Part shown: one piece after another, positions 13,195-25,200 of the stretch | Numbering within the stretch: the first letter of the stretch is position 1 | Layout: the number at the start of each line of letters is the position of its first letter | From: Macrostomum lignano | Lineage: Eukaryota | Direction of reading: 5' to 3' | DNA: 64,000 bases | NCBI GenBank assembly: GCA_002269645.1 | Contig: NIVC01000726.1 | Location: 32,400 to 96,399, forward strand | The notes under the pieces: model-generated | Databases searched by the model: none | What the model was told of the DNA's origin: nothing | The model's input: only the letters and a program-made list of their open reading frames with translations | Made by a program: the position numbers and the translations under genes

Positions 13195-15970
13195 GCCTGT
13201 CTGTCTGTTTGTGTGTCTGTGTGTCTGTCTGTCTGACTCAGTGTCTGTCTGTCTGTCTGTCTGATTGTCCGTCTGACTCAGTGTCTGTCTGTCTGTCTTA
13301 GTGTAAGTCTGTCTGTCTGTCTGTCTGTCTGTCTTAGTGTCTGTGTGTCTGTCTGTCTATCTGTGTGTCTGTCTGTCTGTCTGTCTGTCTTAGTGTCTGT
13401 GTGTCTGTCTGTCTGTCTGTCTGTCTTAGTGTAAGTCTGTCTGTCAGTAAGGATTAACAATCATCATAATGAATGCACATGGAGCAGAGTGAGGCTGCAC
13501 CTCTTCGGTATGCTAGCGTGCACTTATTATATTTCTTCGCCGGAAATTAGGAGAATGGCTACACTACTGGCATAGTAGCCTTGCCATCAGGATATGACTG
13601 CTTGATATTAGGTCTCTTATTCATTAAACCTAAAGCCCACAATAGTGCACAAGCATGACGGAGAAAAACAGCTATGATATTTCAAGCGTAACTGAATTTT
13701 ATCCATCTAATGAAAAAACAAGAATCCAATTTCGCGTTCATCCACCCTGGGGTGCTTTTTTTCTCGTTTCGTTACATTCCTAAAATGCAGCTGTTTGCTG
13801 CTTTAATTTTGCTATTTTATTTCCGCGGATGATGAGGCGCTGCACTCTGCAAAATTTATTCGATGGACCATGCGAGGCAGGACCAGGATGGACCATGCGT
13901 GCAGTCAATTTACTGTCGAATATTTATAGTATCTGCAAAAAATTATGCAGCAACTGGGGAAGAACACGCGTATCCAAGACAACAGACGTTTGGCGGATTG
14001 CTCGTGGGAACAGCTGCCTAGCCTGTGTAGACAGACAGACAGACAGACAGACAGGCAGACAGACAGACAGACAGACAGGCAGACAGACAGACAGACAGAC
14101 AGACAGGCAGACAGACAGACAAATAGCAAGGCTCATGGGGGATTGCTAAGATGTCAAGGCTCATGGGGGATTACTAAGATGTCAAGGCTCATGGGGGTAT
14201 CGCTAAGATGTCAAGGCTCATGGGGTATTGCTAAGATGTCAAGGCTAATGGGGGAATTGCTAAGATGTCAAGGCTAATGGGGGAATTGCTAAGATGTCAA
14301 GGCTAATGGGGGAATTGCTAAGATGTCAAGGCTCATGGGGGAATTGCTAAGATGTCAAGGCTAATGGGGGAATTGCTAAGATGTCAAGGCTCATGGGGGT
14401 ATCGCTAAGATGTCAAGGCTCATGGGGTATTGCTAAGATGTCAAGGCTCATGGGGTATTGCTAAGATGTCAAGGCTCATGGGGTATTGCTAAGATGTCAA
14501 GGCTAATGGGGGAATTGCTAAGATGTCAAGGCTAATGGGGGAATTGCTAAGATGTCAAGGCTCATGGGGAATTGCTAAGATGTCAAGGCTAATGGGAATT
14601 GCTAAGATATCAAGGCTAATTGCTAAGATATCAAGGCTAATGGGAATTGCTAAGATGTCAGGCTAATGGGGAATTGCTAAGATGTCAAAGCTCATGAGGG
14701 GAATCGCTGAAAATGCTGTGGCATTAACAAGCTTTAATAAATTAGCTCGTAAATGCGACGGCACAAGGTGAAAACCTACAGGTAGTTAATTTAAAAACTT
14801 TTGAGCTGCTCCTAAGCTCAAACTAACTGTAAAAGCAATACNNNNNNNNNNNNNNNNNNNNNNNNNNNNNNNNNNNNNNNNNNNNNNNNNNNNNNNNNNN
14901 NNNNNNNNNNNNNNNNNNNNNNNNNNNNNNNNNNNNNNNNNNNNNNNNNNNNNNNNNNNNNNNNNNNNNNNNNNNNNNNNNNNNNNNNNNNNNNNNNNNN
15001 NNNNNNNNNNNNNNNNNNNNNNNNNNNNNNNNNNNNNNNNNNNNNNNNNNNNNNNNNNNNNNNNNNNNNNNNNNNNNNNNNNNNNNNNNNNNNNNNNNNN
15101 NNNNNNNNNNNNNNNNNNNNNNNNNNNNNNNNNNNNNNNNNNNNNNNNNNNNNNNNNNNNNNNNNNNNNNNNNNNNNNNNNNNNNNNNNNNNNNNNNNNN
15201 NNNNNNNNNNNNNNNNNNCAATGGATGGTCACATGACTGGCACAATGGATGGTCACATGACTGGCACAATGGATGGTCACATGACTGGCAAATGTATGGT
15301 CACATGACAGACACAATAGACGGTCACATGACTGGCACAATGGATGCGTCACATGACTGGCACAATGTTATGGTCACATGACAGACACAATAGACGGTCA
15401 CATGACTGGCACAATGGATGGTCACATGACAGACACAATAGACGGTCACATGACTGGCACAATGGATGGTCACATGACAGACACAATAGACGGTCACATG
15501 ACTGGCACAATAGATGATCACATGACTGCACAGGTCACAGTGGGTGATCTGTGATGGCTCTCTCGCACCAGGTAGAACGAGCACTCACCGCTGCCCGGCA
15601 GAGCCGCTGTTTTTCCCGTGAATGACCCGCAAGTTGGACAGAAAGGACAGCGAAGTGAGGGCGGGCGAGTTGATAATCATGAGGCTCTCCTCGATTTCCG
15701 TCAGATCGCGAAAGCTCTCCAGTAGGCGTTTCTCCAGGTCAGCTGGAATGACAATTGGAACCAGTCGAAATATGTTTGAAGAAATTATCATGAAGCCCGG
15801 TATTAGTTCAGGCTGATTCACCTTAAAAATTAATTGGTTTACCTGTCACCAAAGGTACTGCAAGTACTCGTAAGTTAGCTTGCTATAGCGCAATTATACG
15901 ATAGCGCTAGTAAATACTTTCGCCTGTCTGTACTTCTGTCTGTCTGTCTATGTCTGTCCGTCTGACTCAA

Positions 15971-16035
<65 letters not shown>

Positions 16036-16045
16036 GGTGTTTGCC

Positions 16046-16090
<45 letters not shown>

Positions 16091-16095
16091 GTCTC

Positions 16096-16172
<77 letters not shown>

Positions 16173-16218
16173 ACTCAATGTCTGTCTGTCTGTCTGTCTG
16201 TCTATCCGTCTGACTCAA

Positions 16219-16255
<37 letters not shown>

Positions 16256-19200
16256 GCCTGTCTGTCTGTTTGTGTGTCTGTGTGTCTGTCTGTCTGACTC
16301 AGTGTCTGTCTGTCTGTCTGTCTGATTGTCCGTCTGACTCAGTGTCTGTCTGTCTGTCTTAGTGTAAGTCTGTCTGTCTGTCTGTCTGTCTGTTCTTAGT
16401 GTCTGTGTGTCTGTCTGTCTATCTGTGTGTCTGTCTGTCTGTCTGTCTGTCTTAGTGTCTGTGTGTCTGTCTGTCTGTCTGTCTGTCTTAGTGTAAGTCT
16501 GTCTGTCAGTAAGGATTAACAATCATCATAATGAATGCACATGGAGCAGAGTGAGGCTGCACCTCTTCGGTATGCTAGCGTGCACTTATTATATTTCTTC
16601 GCCGGAAATTAGGAGAATGGCTACACTACTGGCATAGTAGCCTTGCCATCAGGATATGACTGCTTGATATTAGGTCTCTTATTCATTAAACCTAAAGCCC
16701 ACAATAGTGCACAAGCATGACGGAGAAAAACAGCTATGATATTTCAAGCGTAACTGAATTTTATCCATCTAATGAAAAACAAGAATCCAATTTCGCGTTC
16801 ATCCACCCTGGGGTGCTTTTTTTCGTTTCGTTACATTCCTAAAATGCAGCTGTTTGCTGCTTTAATTTTGCTATTTTATTCCGCGGATGATGAGGCGCTG
16901 CACTCTGCAAAATTTATTCGATGGACCATGCGAGGCAGGAAATGCATGCGTGCAGTCAATTTACTGTCGAATATTTATAGTATCTGCAAAAAATTATGCA
17001 GCAACTGGGGAAGAACACGCGTATCCAAGACAACAGACGTTTGGCGGATTGCTCGTGGGAACAGCTGCCTAGCCTGTGTAGACAGACAGACAGACAGACA
17101 GACAGGCAGACAGACAGACAGACAGACAGGCAGACAGACAGACAGACAGACAGACAGGCAGACAGACAGCAAATAGCAAGCTCAGAGCTAAATGTCAAGG
17201 CTCATGGGGATTACAGATGTCAAGGCTCATGGGGGATGCTAAGATGTCAAGGCTCATGGGGATTGCTAAGATGTCAAGGCTAATGGGGGAATTGCTAAGA
17301 TGTCAAGGCTAATGGGGAATTGCTAAGATGTCAAGGCTAATGGGGGATTGCCTAAGATGTCAAGGCTCATGGGGAATTGCTAAGATGTCAATGGCATGGG
17401 GAATTGCTAAGATGTCAAGGCTCATGGGGGATATCGCTAAGATGTCAAGGCTCATGGGGCTAAATAAGCTCATGGGGTATGCTAAGATGTCAAGGCTAAT
17501 GGGGGAATTGCTAAGATGTCAAGGCTAATGGGGGAATTGCTAAGATGTCAAGGCTAATGGGGAATTGCTAAGATGTCAGGCTCAATGGGGGAATTGCTAA
17601 GATGTCAAGGCTAATGGGGAATTGCTAAGATATCAAGGCTAATGGGGAATTGCTAAGATGTCAGGCTAATGGGAATTGCTAGATGTCAAGCTCATGGGAA
17701 TCGCTGAAATGCTGTGGCATTAACAAGCTTTAATAAATTAGCTCGTAATGCGACGGCACAAGGGAAAACCTACAGGTAGTTTATTTAAAACTTTGAGCTG
17801 CTCCTAAGCTCAAACTAACTGTAAAAGCAATACTCGCTTGCTCCTTTGAGTAACGAATTTAATCATGCAGGCGGTCTGCCTCTGACGTGTATGGCGCAGA
17901 CTTGGGGGGGGGGGGGGGCAGACCAGCACTTTAAGTAATGTTTAAAACTCTGTAAATATTATTCTTGTAAATGATTAAATTGAATGCTCACAGGATCAAG
18001 CTGGCTGCAACAAAGGTATAGCATATTCTAATCCGAACATTCATTAGCGAGATGGCAAATTAACTTCAGTGCTTTAATATTAAAGCACTGTATTCCGTCT
18101 GCTATAACACAGTGTGTTCTCTAAATAGATTATTTTGTAGATAGCATTGCGTCAAATGGGGCTCTACAACCATTAAAGAAAGTGCTGAGTGCACTTTAAG
18201 CGACATTGTCGCACAACCGGCGAGAGGCATTAGCTGCCCATTCCGCCGACTCCCCTGAGCAGGCACACAAAGCGCGCGTATACGTACGCAGTCACACGCG
18301 CAGGCACACACTCACACAGGAGTGCACAGCGGCCCTAACTTTATTTTATCGTTAGGCATGTACACTTCACTGCGCCTTGGGGTGTTGGCCATCAAGGGCG
18401 TTAATTGCACGAGCAGAGCCAAAGCCGAGATTCCAATTAGCCGCAGAATCAATGTGACTGCACTTGGAATCGAGCCTGGGCCCGCTGGCACACCAGAGCG
18501 TCTCACTGACCGACCACTGGGCTACCCCCCCCCCCCCTAAGACATCGACATGGTTAGACAATATTTCCACGTCTGTTTCTGACACTGTGAAGTCTCTGAC
18601 GTGTCGATGCGTTACAAAACTAAATACTACAGCATATAACTTATTGTTGAGCGAGTCCAGATGATGCCTAGTAAGAAAATAAACGCCAACAGAAACATTT
18701 GGTTTCCTATTTTGGAAAAAAACAAAGCGACATCTGCACACTAGAGCTGAGGAACACTGGCTAAAAAACTCTGCGATTAATGACTAGTTGTAAGTTTGTA
18801 AAAAGTTTAGCAACATGGAACGATTCAGCTATTGACCATAAGCTTAAAATTATTTCGGTACATTCTACTATCTAGCTAACTGACACGTCCTTAATCTCAT
18901 TAAAGGCCAACAAAAATTCAAAGAATATCCTTACGTATATCATCGGACAGAGAGATGATCAGCTGCGGCATTATAGTGCAACCTTTCACCGCTTCTAGGT
19001 CTTCGATCGAGTGCACCAGAAGCGGGTCGCAATATCTGGCGCAATTTCTAGCATCGGCGCACTTTGAGCACACCTGACCGTCACTCACGGCGTAGCCAAG
19101 CGGACAGGCCTGCACGCAGGTGCCATTGAATAGCTTCATCGTGGTGCGCTCGATTACTGACAGGGTGTTAGATGAGGACGGATGCTGGACATGCTGAATC

Positions 19201-22200
19201 TGGTCACGCAGTCGCTGGTCCGAATGCACACCCAGTCCCTATAGGACACGTAGCCAGCTGGGCAGCGGTCAACGCAAGCCCCATTGAGTCTGTAGCCTTT
19301 GCAGGCGGCGCATCCTCTGTTGGTGACATTGTAACAGCCGCCCAGGCAGGCAGATGGACAGCAGGTCTTGCTGTAGTCGCCGCCGCTGACGAACTGACTA
19401 AACAGCCGGCCGCTCCGCAGGCTGCACTGCACAGTTCTGGCAGAATGACAGACTCCAACAGTGCTCAGGGTTGGGGCACTTGGCCTGCGAGATTGATAGG
19501 TGCGGTGGTAAGGAACTGATTAATTACCGTTGCTGAGCACTAATCAGGCTGCCAATCATTCATGGGTTGGGGCCAAGCAACTGACTCTTATGGTCTTATG
19601 AGCAAAATTGCCTCAGCGCCGTGCTAGGGTGCCCGACTGTCCTCCTGCAAATATTAATTTCATAAACGCAAAGTTTTGTCCGCAGGCGTAGCCACAGGCA
19701 AAACAGCAGCAATATCGATAGATTCAAAGGTTTCCCTAAGCTGGCATTCAACTTCCTGGCCTTGGGGCCTCCAGACAGAGGGGAAAGCCACCCGAACTTG
19801 GAACAGTTCTGCGCTGTGTACTTTTATACACAAAAAGACGTGAGTTCATTGCGTTTTTACTCGAAGCAAGCTGGACTCTAATTGAAATCAGAATCCTAAC
19901 TGATGCAGCTATGCAAATAGGAGGCCTTGCAAAAGAGACCGGAAGCCCTATATGTTAGCTAGGCAAGGTAGGACACGCGCCGAGCAATCTAGCTCAAATG
20001 TCGATCGCGACGAGACTAACAGATGGCTGAATAACATACTCACAGAAAATTCTTCTCCCTATATATTTCTATTGCTGTCTAATAATTGCTTATCTGGGGC
20101 AAGTTGAGACAACACGGGAAAACCTGGGGAGGGGGGTTGGGGCAGTCTAACTGAGCTCTACGATTCGTCAATAAAAAGCTGACAGTCCATCTGATCTCTA
20201 GAGAAATCCTACCTTCACCTTATCTACCATCTAGCCATATTGATTGCATTCTTGGCGGCGGAATAAGAACCGGATTAGAAGTTCAAGTAAATTCTTTGCT
20301 GAGATATCGTATCATAAAACAGACTTTTATTAGACTGCAAAACTATAAATCCTTCTAAAGCTCAAGTTGTAAAATTAAACCATCTTGAAGCTTCGAGCTG
20401 CAAAACTAAATCCTCCTTAAGATTTAGACTGTAAGATTTAAGTCTGTAAGATTTAAGTCCTCCTAAAGCTTCACACTGCGAAACTAAATCCTCCTAAAGC
20501 TCCACACTGCGAAACTAAATCCTCCTAAAGCTTCAGACTGCGAAACTAAATCCTCCTAAAGCTCCACACTGCGAAACTAAATCCTCCTAAAGCTTCAGAC
20601 TGCGAAACTAAATCCTCCTAAAGCTCCACACTGCGAAACTAAATCCTCCTAAAGCTTCACACTGCGAAACTAAATCCTCCTAAAGCTTCACACTGCGAAA
20701 CTAAATCCTCCTAAAGCTTCACACTGCGAAACTAAATCCTCCTAAAGCTCCACACTGCGAAACTAAATCCTCCTAAAGCTTCACACTGCGAAACTAAATC
20801 CTCCTAAAGCATCACACTGCGAAACTAAATCCCCCTAAAGCTTCACACTGCGAAACTAAATCCCCCTAAAGCTTCACACTGCGAAACTAAATCCCCCTAA
20901 AGCATCACACTGCGAAACTATAAATCCTCCTAAAGCTTCACACTGCGAAACTAAATCCTCCTAAAGCTTCACACTGCGAAACTAAATCCTCCTAAAGCTT
21001 CACACTGCGAAACTAAATCCTCCTAAAGCTTCACACTGCGAAACTAAATCCTCCTAAAGCTCCACACTGCGAAACTAAATCCTCCTAAAGCTTCACACTG
21101 CGAAACTAAATCCTCCTAAAGCTTCACACCGCAAAACTAAATCCTCCTAAAGCATCACACTGCGAAACTATAAATCCTCCTAAAGCTTCACACTGCGAAA
21201 CTAAATCCTCCTAAAGCATCACACTGCGAAACTAAATCCCCCTAAAGCTTCACACTGCGAAACTAAATCCCCCTAAAGCTTCACACTGCGAAACTAAATC
21301 CCCCTAAAGCTTCACACTGCGAAACTAAATCCTCCTAAAGCTCCACACTGCGAAACTAAATCCTCCTAAAGCTTCACACTGCGAAACTAAATCCTCCTAA
21401 AGCTCCACACTGCGAAACTAAATCCTCCTAAAGCTTCACACTGCGAAACTAAATCCTCCTAAAGCTTCACACCGCAAAACTAAATCCTCCTAAAGCATCA
21501 CACTGCGAAACTATAAATCCTCCTAAAGCTTCACACTGCGAAACTAAATCCTCCTAAAGCATCACACTGCGAAACTAAATCCCCCTAAAGCTTCACACTG
21601 CGAAACTAAATCCCCCTAAAGCTTCACACTGCGAAACTAAATCCCCCTAAAGCTTCACACTGCGAAACTATAAATCCTCCTAAAGCTTCACACTGCGAAA
21701 CTATAAATCCTCCTAAAGCTTCACACTGCGAAACTAAATCCTCCTAAAGCATCACACTGCGAAACTAAATCCCCCTAAAGCTTCACACTGCGAAACTAAA
21801 TCCCCCTAAAGCTTCACACTGCGAAACTAAATCCCCCTTAAGCTTCACACTGCGAAACTAAATCCCCCTAAAGCTTCACACTGCGAAACTAAATCCTCCT
21901 AAAGCATCACACTGCGAAACTAAATCCCCTAAAGCTTCACACTGCGAAACTAAATCCCCTAAAGCTTCACACTGCGAAACTAAAAATCCTCCTAAAGCTT
22001 CAGAGTCAGACTGCAAAACTAAAACTATACAGACTAAACCCTATATAGGCTTAAAATGAAAATCTTTTTGTCATGCACAATTCTGAGCCCATAAGCCAGC
22101 GGAGCTAAAAGCCATAAGCGCCATCATCATCGTTGTGCATCGTCAGTCTGTCGCCAACCCCCTTTTCCCAACCGTTTCCTCACTCAAGCCTGTGCGTTTG

Positions 22201-25200
22201 TTTCTCTGTCATGCGTTCGCGTCGATTGCATCAATGCAATACCCATACTGCCGTGTAGGCCAGTGCACAGCCACATGCCCATTGCAAAGTCACTTAGGCG
22301 CGCATAAATGATTGAATGAAAAAAATTAAGTGAGCGATATGGGGGCAGGGCAGTGGCAGGGGATAGCACCACCCTACCAGTGTATTAACTGTTTTAAGAG
22401 CAAAATTCATGCAATGACAAAGTATAACTCAATAATGACTAGTAATGACTAAGCATATTTATATTGATTTTTCAGACTGCAAAGACAGACAATATTCAAT
22501 GCGGGTATTAAAGTCTATAAGCCCAAAAATGGATTAGCAATGTTCCTCAATGGGGTTTTTAATGTTCCAAATATTCAATAGGAGTTTTATATCCTAGGAT
22601 CCTCAATGCGATTTTATTGTCCCCGGATCCATAATGGGATTCTGATGTCCCAGATCCTCAATGCGATTCCAATATCTCGGTATCCTCAATGGGATTATAA
22701 TGTCCCAGATCCTCAATGCGATTTCAATATCTCGGTATCCTCAATGGGATTATAATGTCCCAGATCCTCAATGGGATTCTAATGTCCCAGATCCTCAATG
22801 GGATTATAATGTCCCAGATCCTCAATGGGATTATAATGTCCCAGATCCTTAATGGGATTATAATGTCCCAGATCCTCAATGGGATTATAATGTCCCAGAT
22901 CCTCAATGGGATTATAATGTCCCAGCTACTCAATGGGATTCTAATGTCCCAGATCCTCAATGGGATTATAATGTCCCAGATCCTCAATGGGATTATAATG
23001 TCCCAGCTACTCAATGGGATTCTAATGTCCCCGGATCCTTGATGGGATTATAATGTCCCAGCTACTCAATGGGATTCTAATGTCCCAGATCCTCAGTGGG
23101 ATTATAATGTCCCAGATCCTTAATGGGATTATAATGTCCCAGATCCTCAATGGGATTATAATGTCCCAGATCCTCAATGGGATTATAATGTCCCAGATCC
23201 TCAATGGGATTATAATGTCCCAGCTACTCAATGGGATTCTAATGTCCCCGGATCCTTGATGGGATTATAATGTCCCAGCTACTCAATGGGATTCTAATGT
23301 CCCAGATCCTCAGTGGGACTATAATGTCCCAGATCCTGAATGGGATTCTAATGTCCCAGATCCTCAATGGGATTATAATGTCCCAGATCCTCAATGGGAT
23401 TATAATGTCCCAGCTACTCAATGGGATTCTAATGTCCCAGATCCTCAGTGGGACTATAATGTCCCAGATCATTAATGGGATTGTCCCAGATCCTTAATAA
23501 GATTCTAATATCCCAGCTACTCAATAGGATCTTAGAACTTTCGGCATTTTCATGAGGATTTTCAATAGGCGGGCGTTGTCAGAGCCCCAACAAGTTTGTA
23601 ATGCATGCAAAGGGGTGAATTTTATTGCTTGGGAAACTCTTCCCAAACGAACACACGGTGACAGGATGATTGATCAGCTAAAACCCTAGCCAAATAATCG
23701 AATTGAATGGACCAGTCTTAGTGGCGCATTTTGTAAATCCCCTCGCCTCGGGGGTTAGAATTGAATTTTAAGTCACGTGACCCATAAGTTCATTACCAGC
23801 TGTCTTATAAATTGGTGTCAGCAGCGAGTTGGCAAATTTTGCATTGCGACCCAAGATGAACTTTTTATTACAGTACAGTCCTCTACGAGTACATGTGCAC
23901 TCGAAATGCACTGAACTGATTGCAGTTTTTGATTAATAAAAATGGAGATACAGAGACTGTCCGGAATATTTTCTGTAGGACGAAGACGCTCTTCTCTTTA
24001 ATTGGCCATTTTTCAGAAGCACTCGGCATTCTCCATGACCAACCGGAATCCTCTCTTACCCCAAACAAAATCATCGAAACCCACACTGGGTAATTTTCTT
24101 AACACACCCTAAATCTGCTAAAACACACCCTAAATCTGCTAAAACACCCTAAATCTGCTAAAAACACCCTAAATCTGCTAAAAACACCCTAAATCTGCTA
24201 AAAAACACCCTAAATCTGCTAAAAACACCCTAAATCTGCTAAAACACACCCAAAATCTGCTAAAAACACCCTAAATCTGCTAAAAACACCCTAAATCTGC
24301 TAAACACTTTCCAAATAAATGGAATTCTCTAGACACATATCAAATAAACACACTAAACTAAAGACAAAACACACCAAGTCGCTAAACACCCACACACTAA
24401 AATCTCCTAAAGCATCTTCTAAAGCCCTTAGACATTTTGAAGGCTCCGCAAATCCAGCAAACCGTTGTCGCGCAATCTCCACTCACTTGTAGACGATCTT
24501 AGTTCGATCTGATGCCTCCTCTTTCTTCCAATCACCTGGACAGACGTCTCTGCACAGAGTTTTATCGGGCACGTTGTGAAAATTGGTTTTATATCCCGGG
24601 CTGAGTATAGCCGAGAAGTTCACCGATCTGTAGTAGCAGAGCTTCGGCGCGCTCTCGACCCGAATGCCGCCCCGATAAATGCGTCGCAAATTCGGCAGAG
24701 CCATGTCCTGAGTTATAATTGAGATGGAATTTTGCATTTTATTGAGTCTCTTGGCCTGCTAAAATATTACTCATTTTACATATCATAAGCAACTATAAAA
24801 ATATCGTTGATCTTAAACATTTCATTGTCAAACTAAACAAATTATAGAGCAATCACGACCTGAATTATAGCACTTCTATGACCAACTGCTGAAAGTTCAT
24901 TGGAGCTTCTATGACCAACTGCTGAAAGTTCATTGGAGCTTCTATGACCAACTGCTGAAAGTTCATTGGAGCTTCTATGACCAACTGCTGAAAGTTCATT
25001 GGAGCTTCTATGACCAACTGCTAAAAGTTCATTGGAGCTTCTATGACCAACTGCTGAAAGTTCATTGGAGCTTCTATGACCAACTGCTAAAAGTTCATTG
25101 GAGCTTCTATGACCAACTACTAAAATCCCTTTGGAGCTTCTATGACCAACTGCTGAAAGTTCATAGTTGATAATATTATGTAAGCACCAATTTACCGCTA

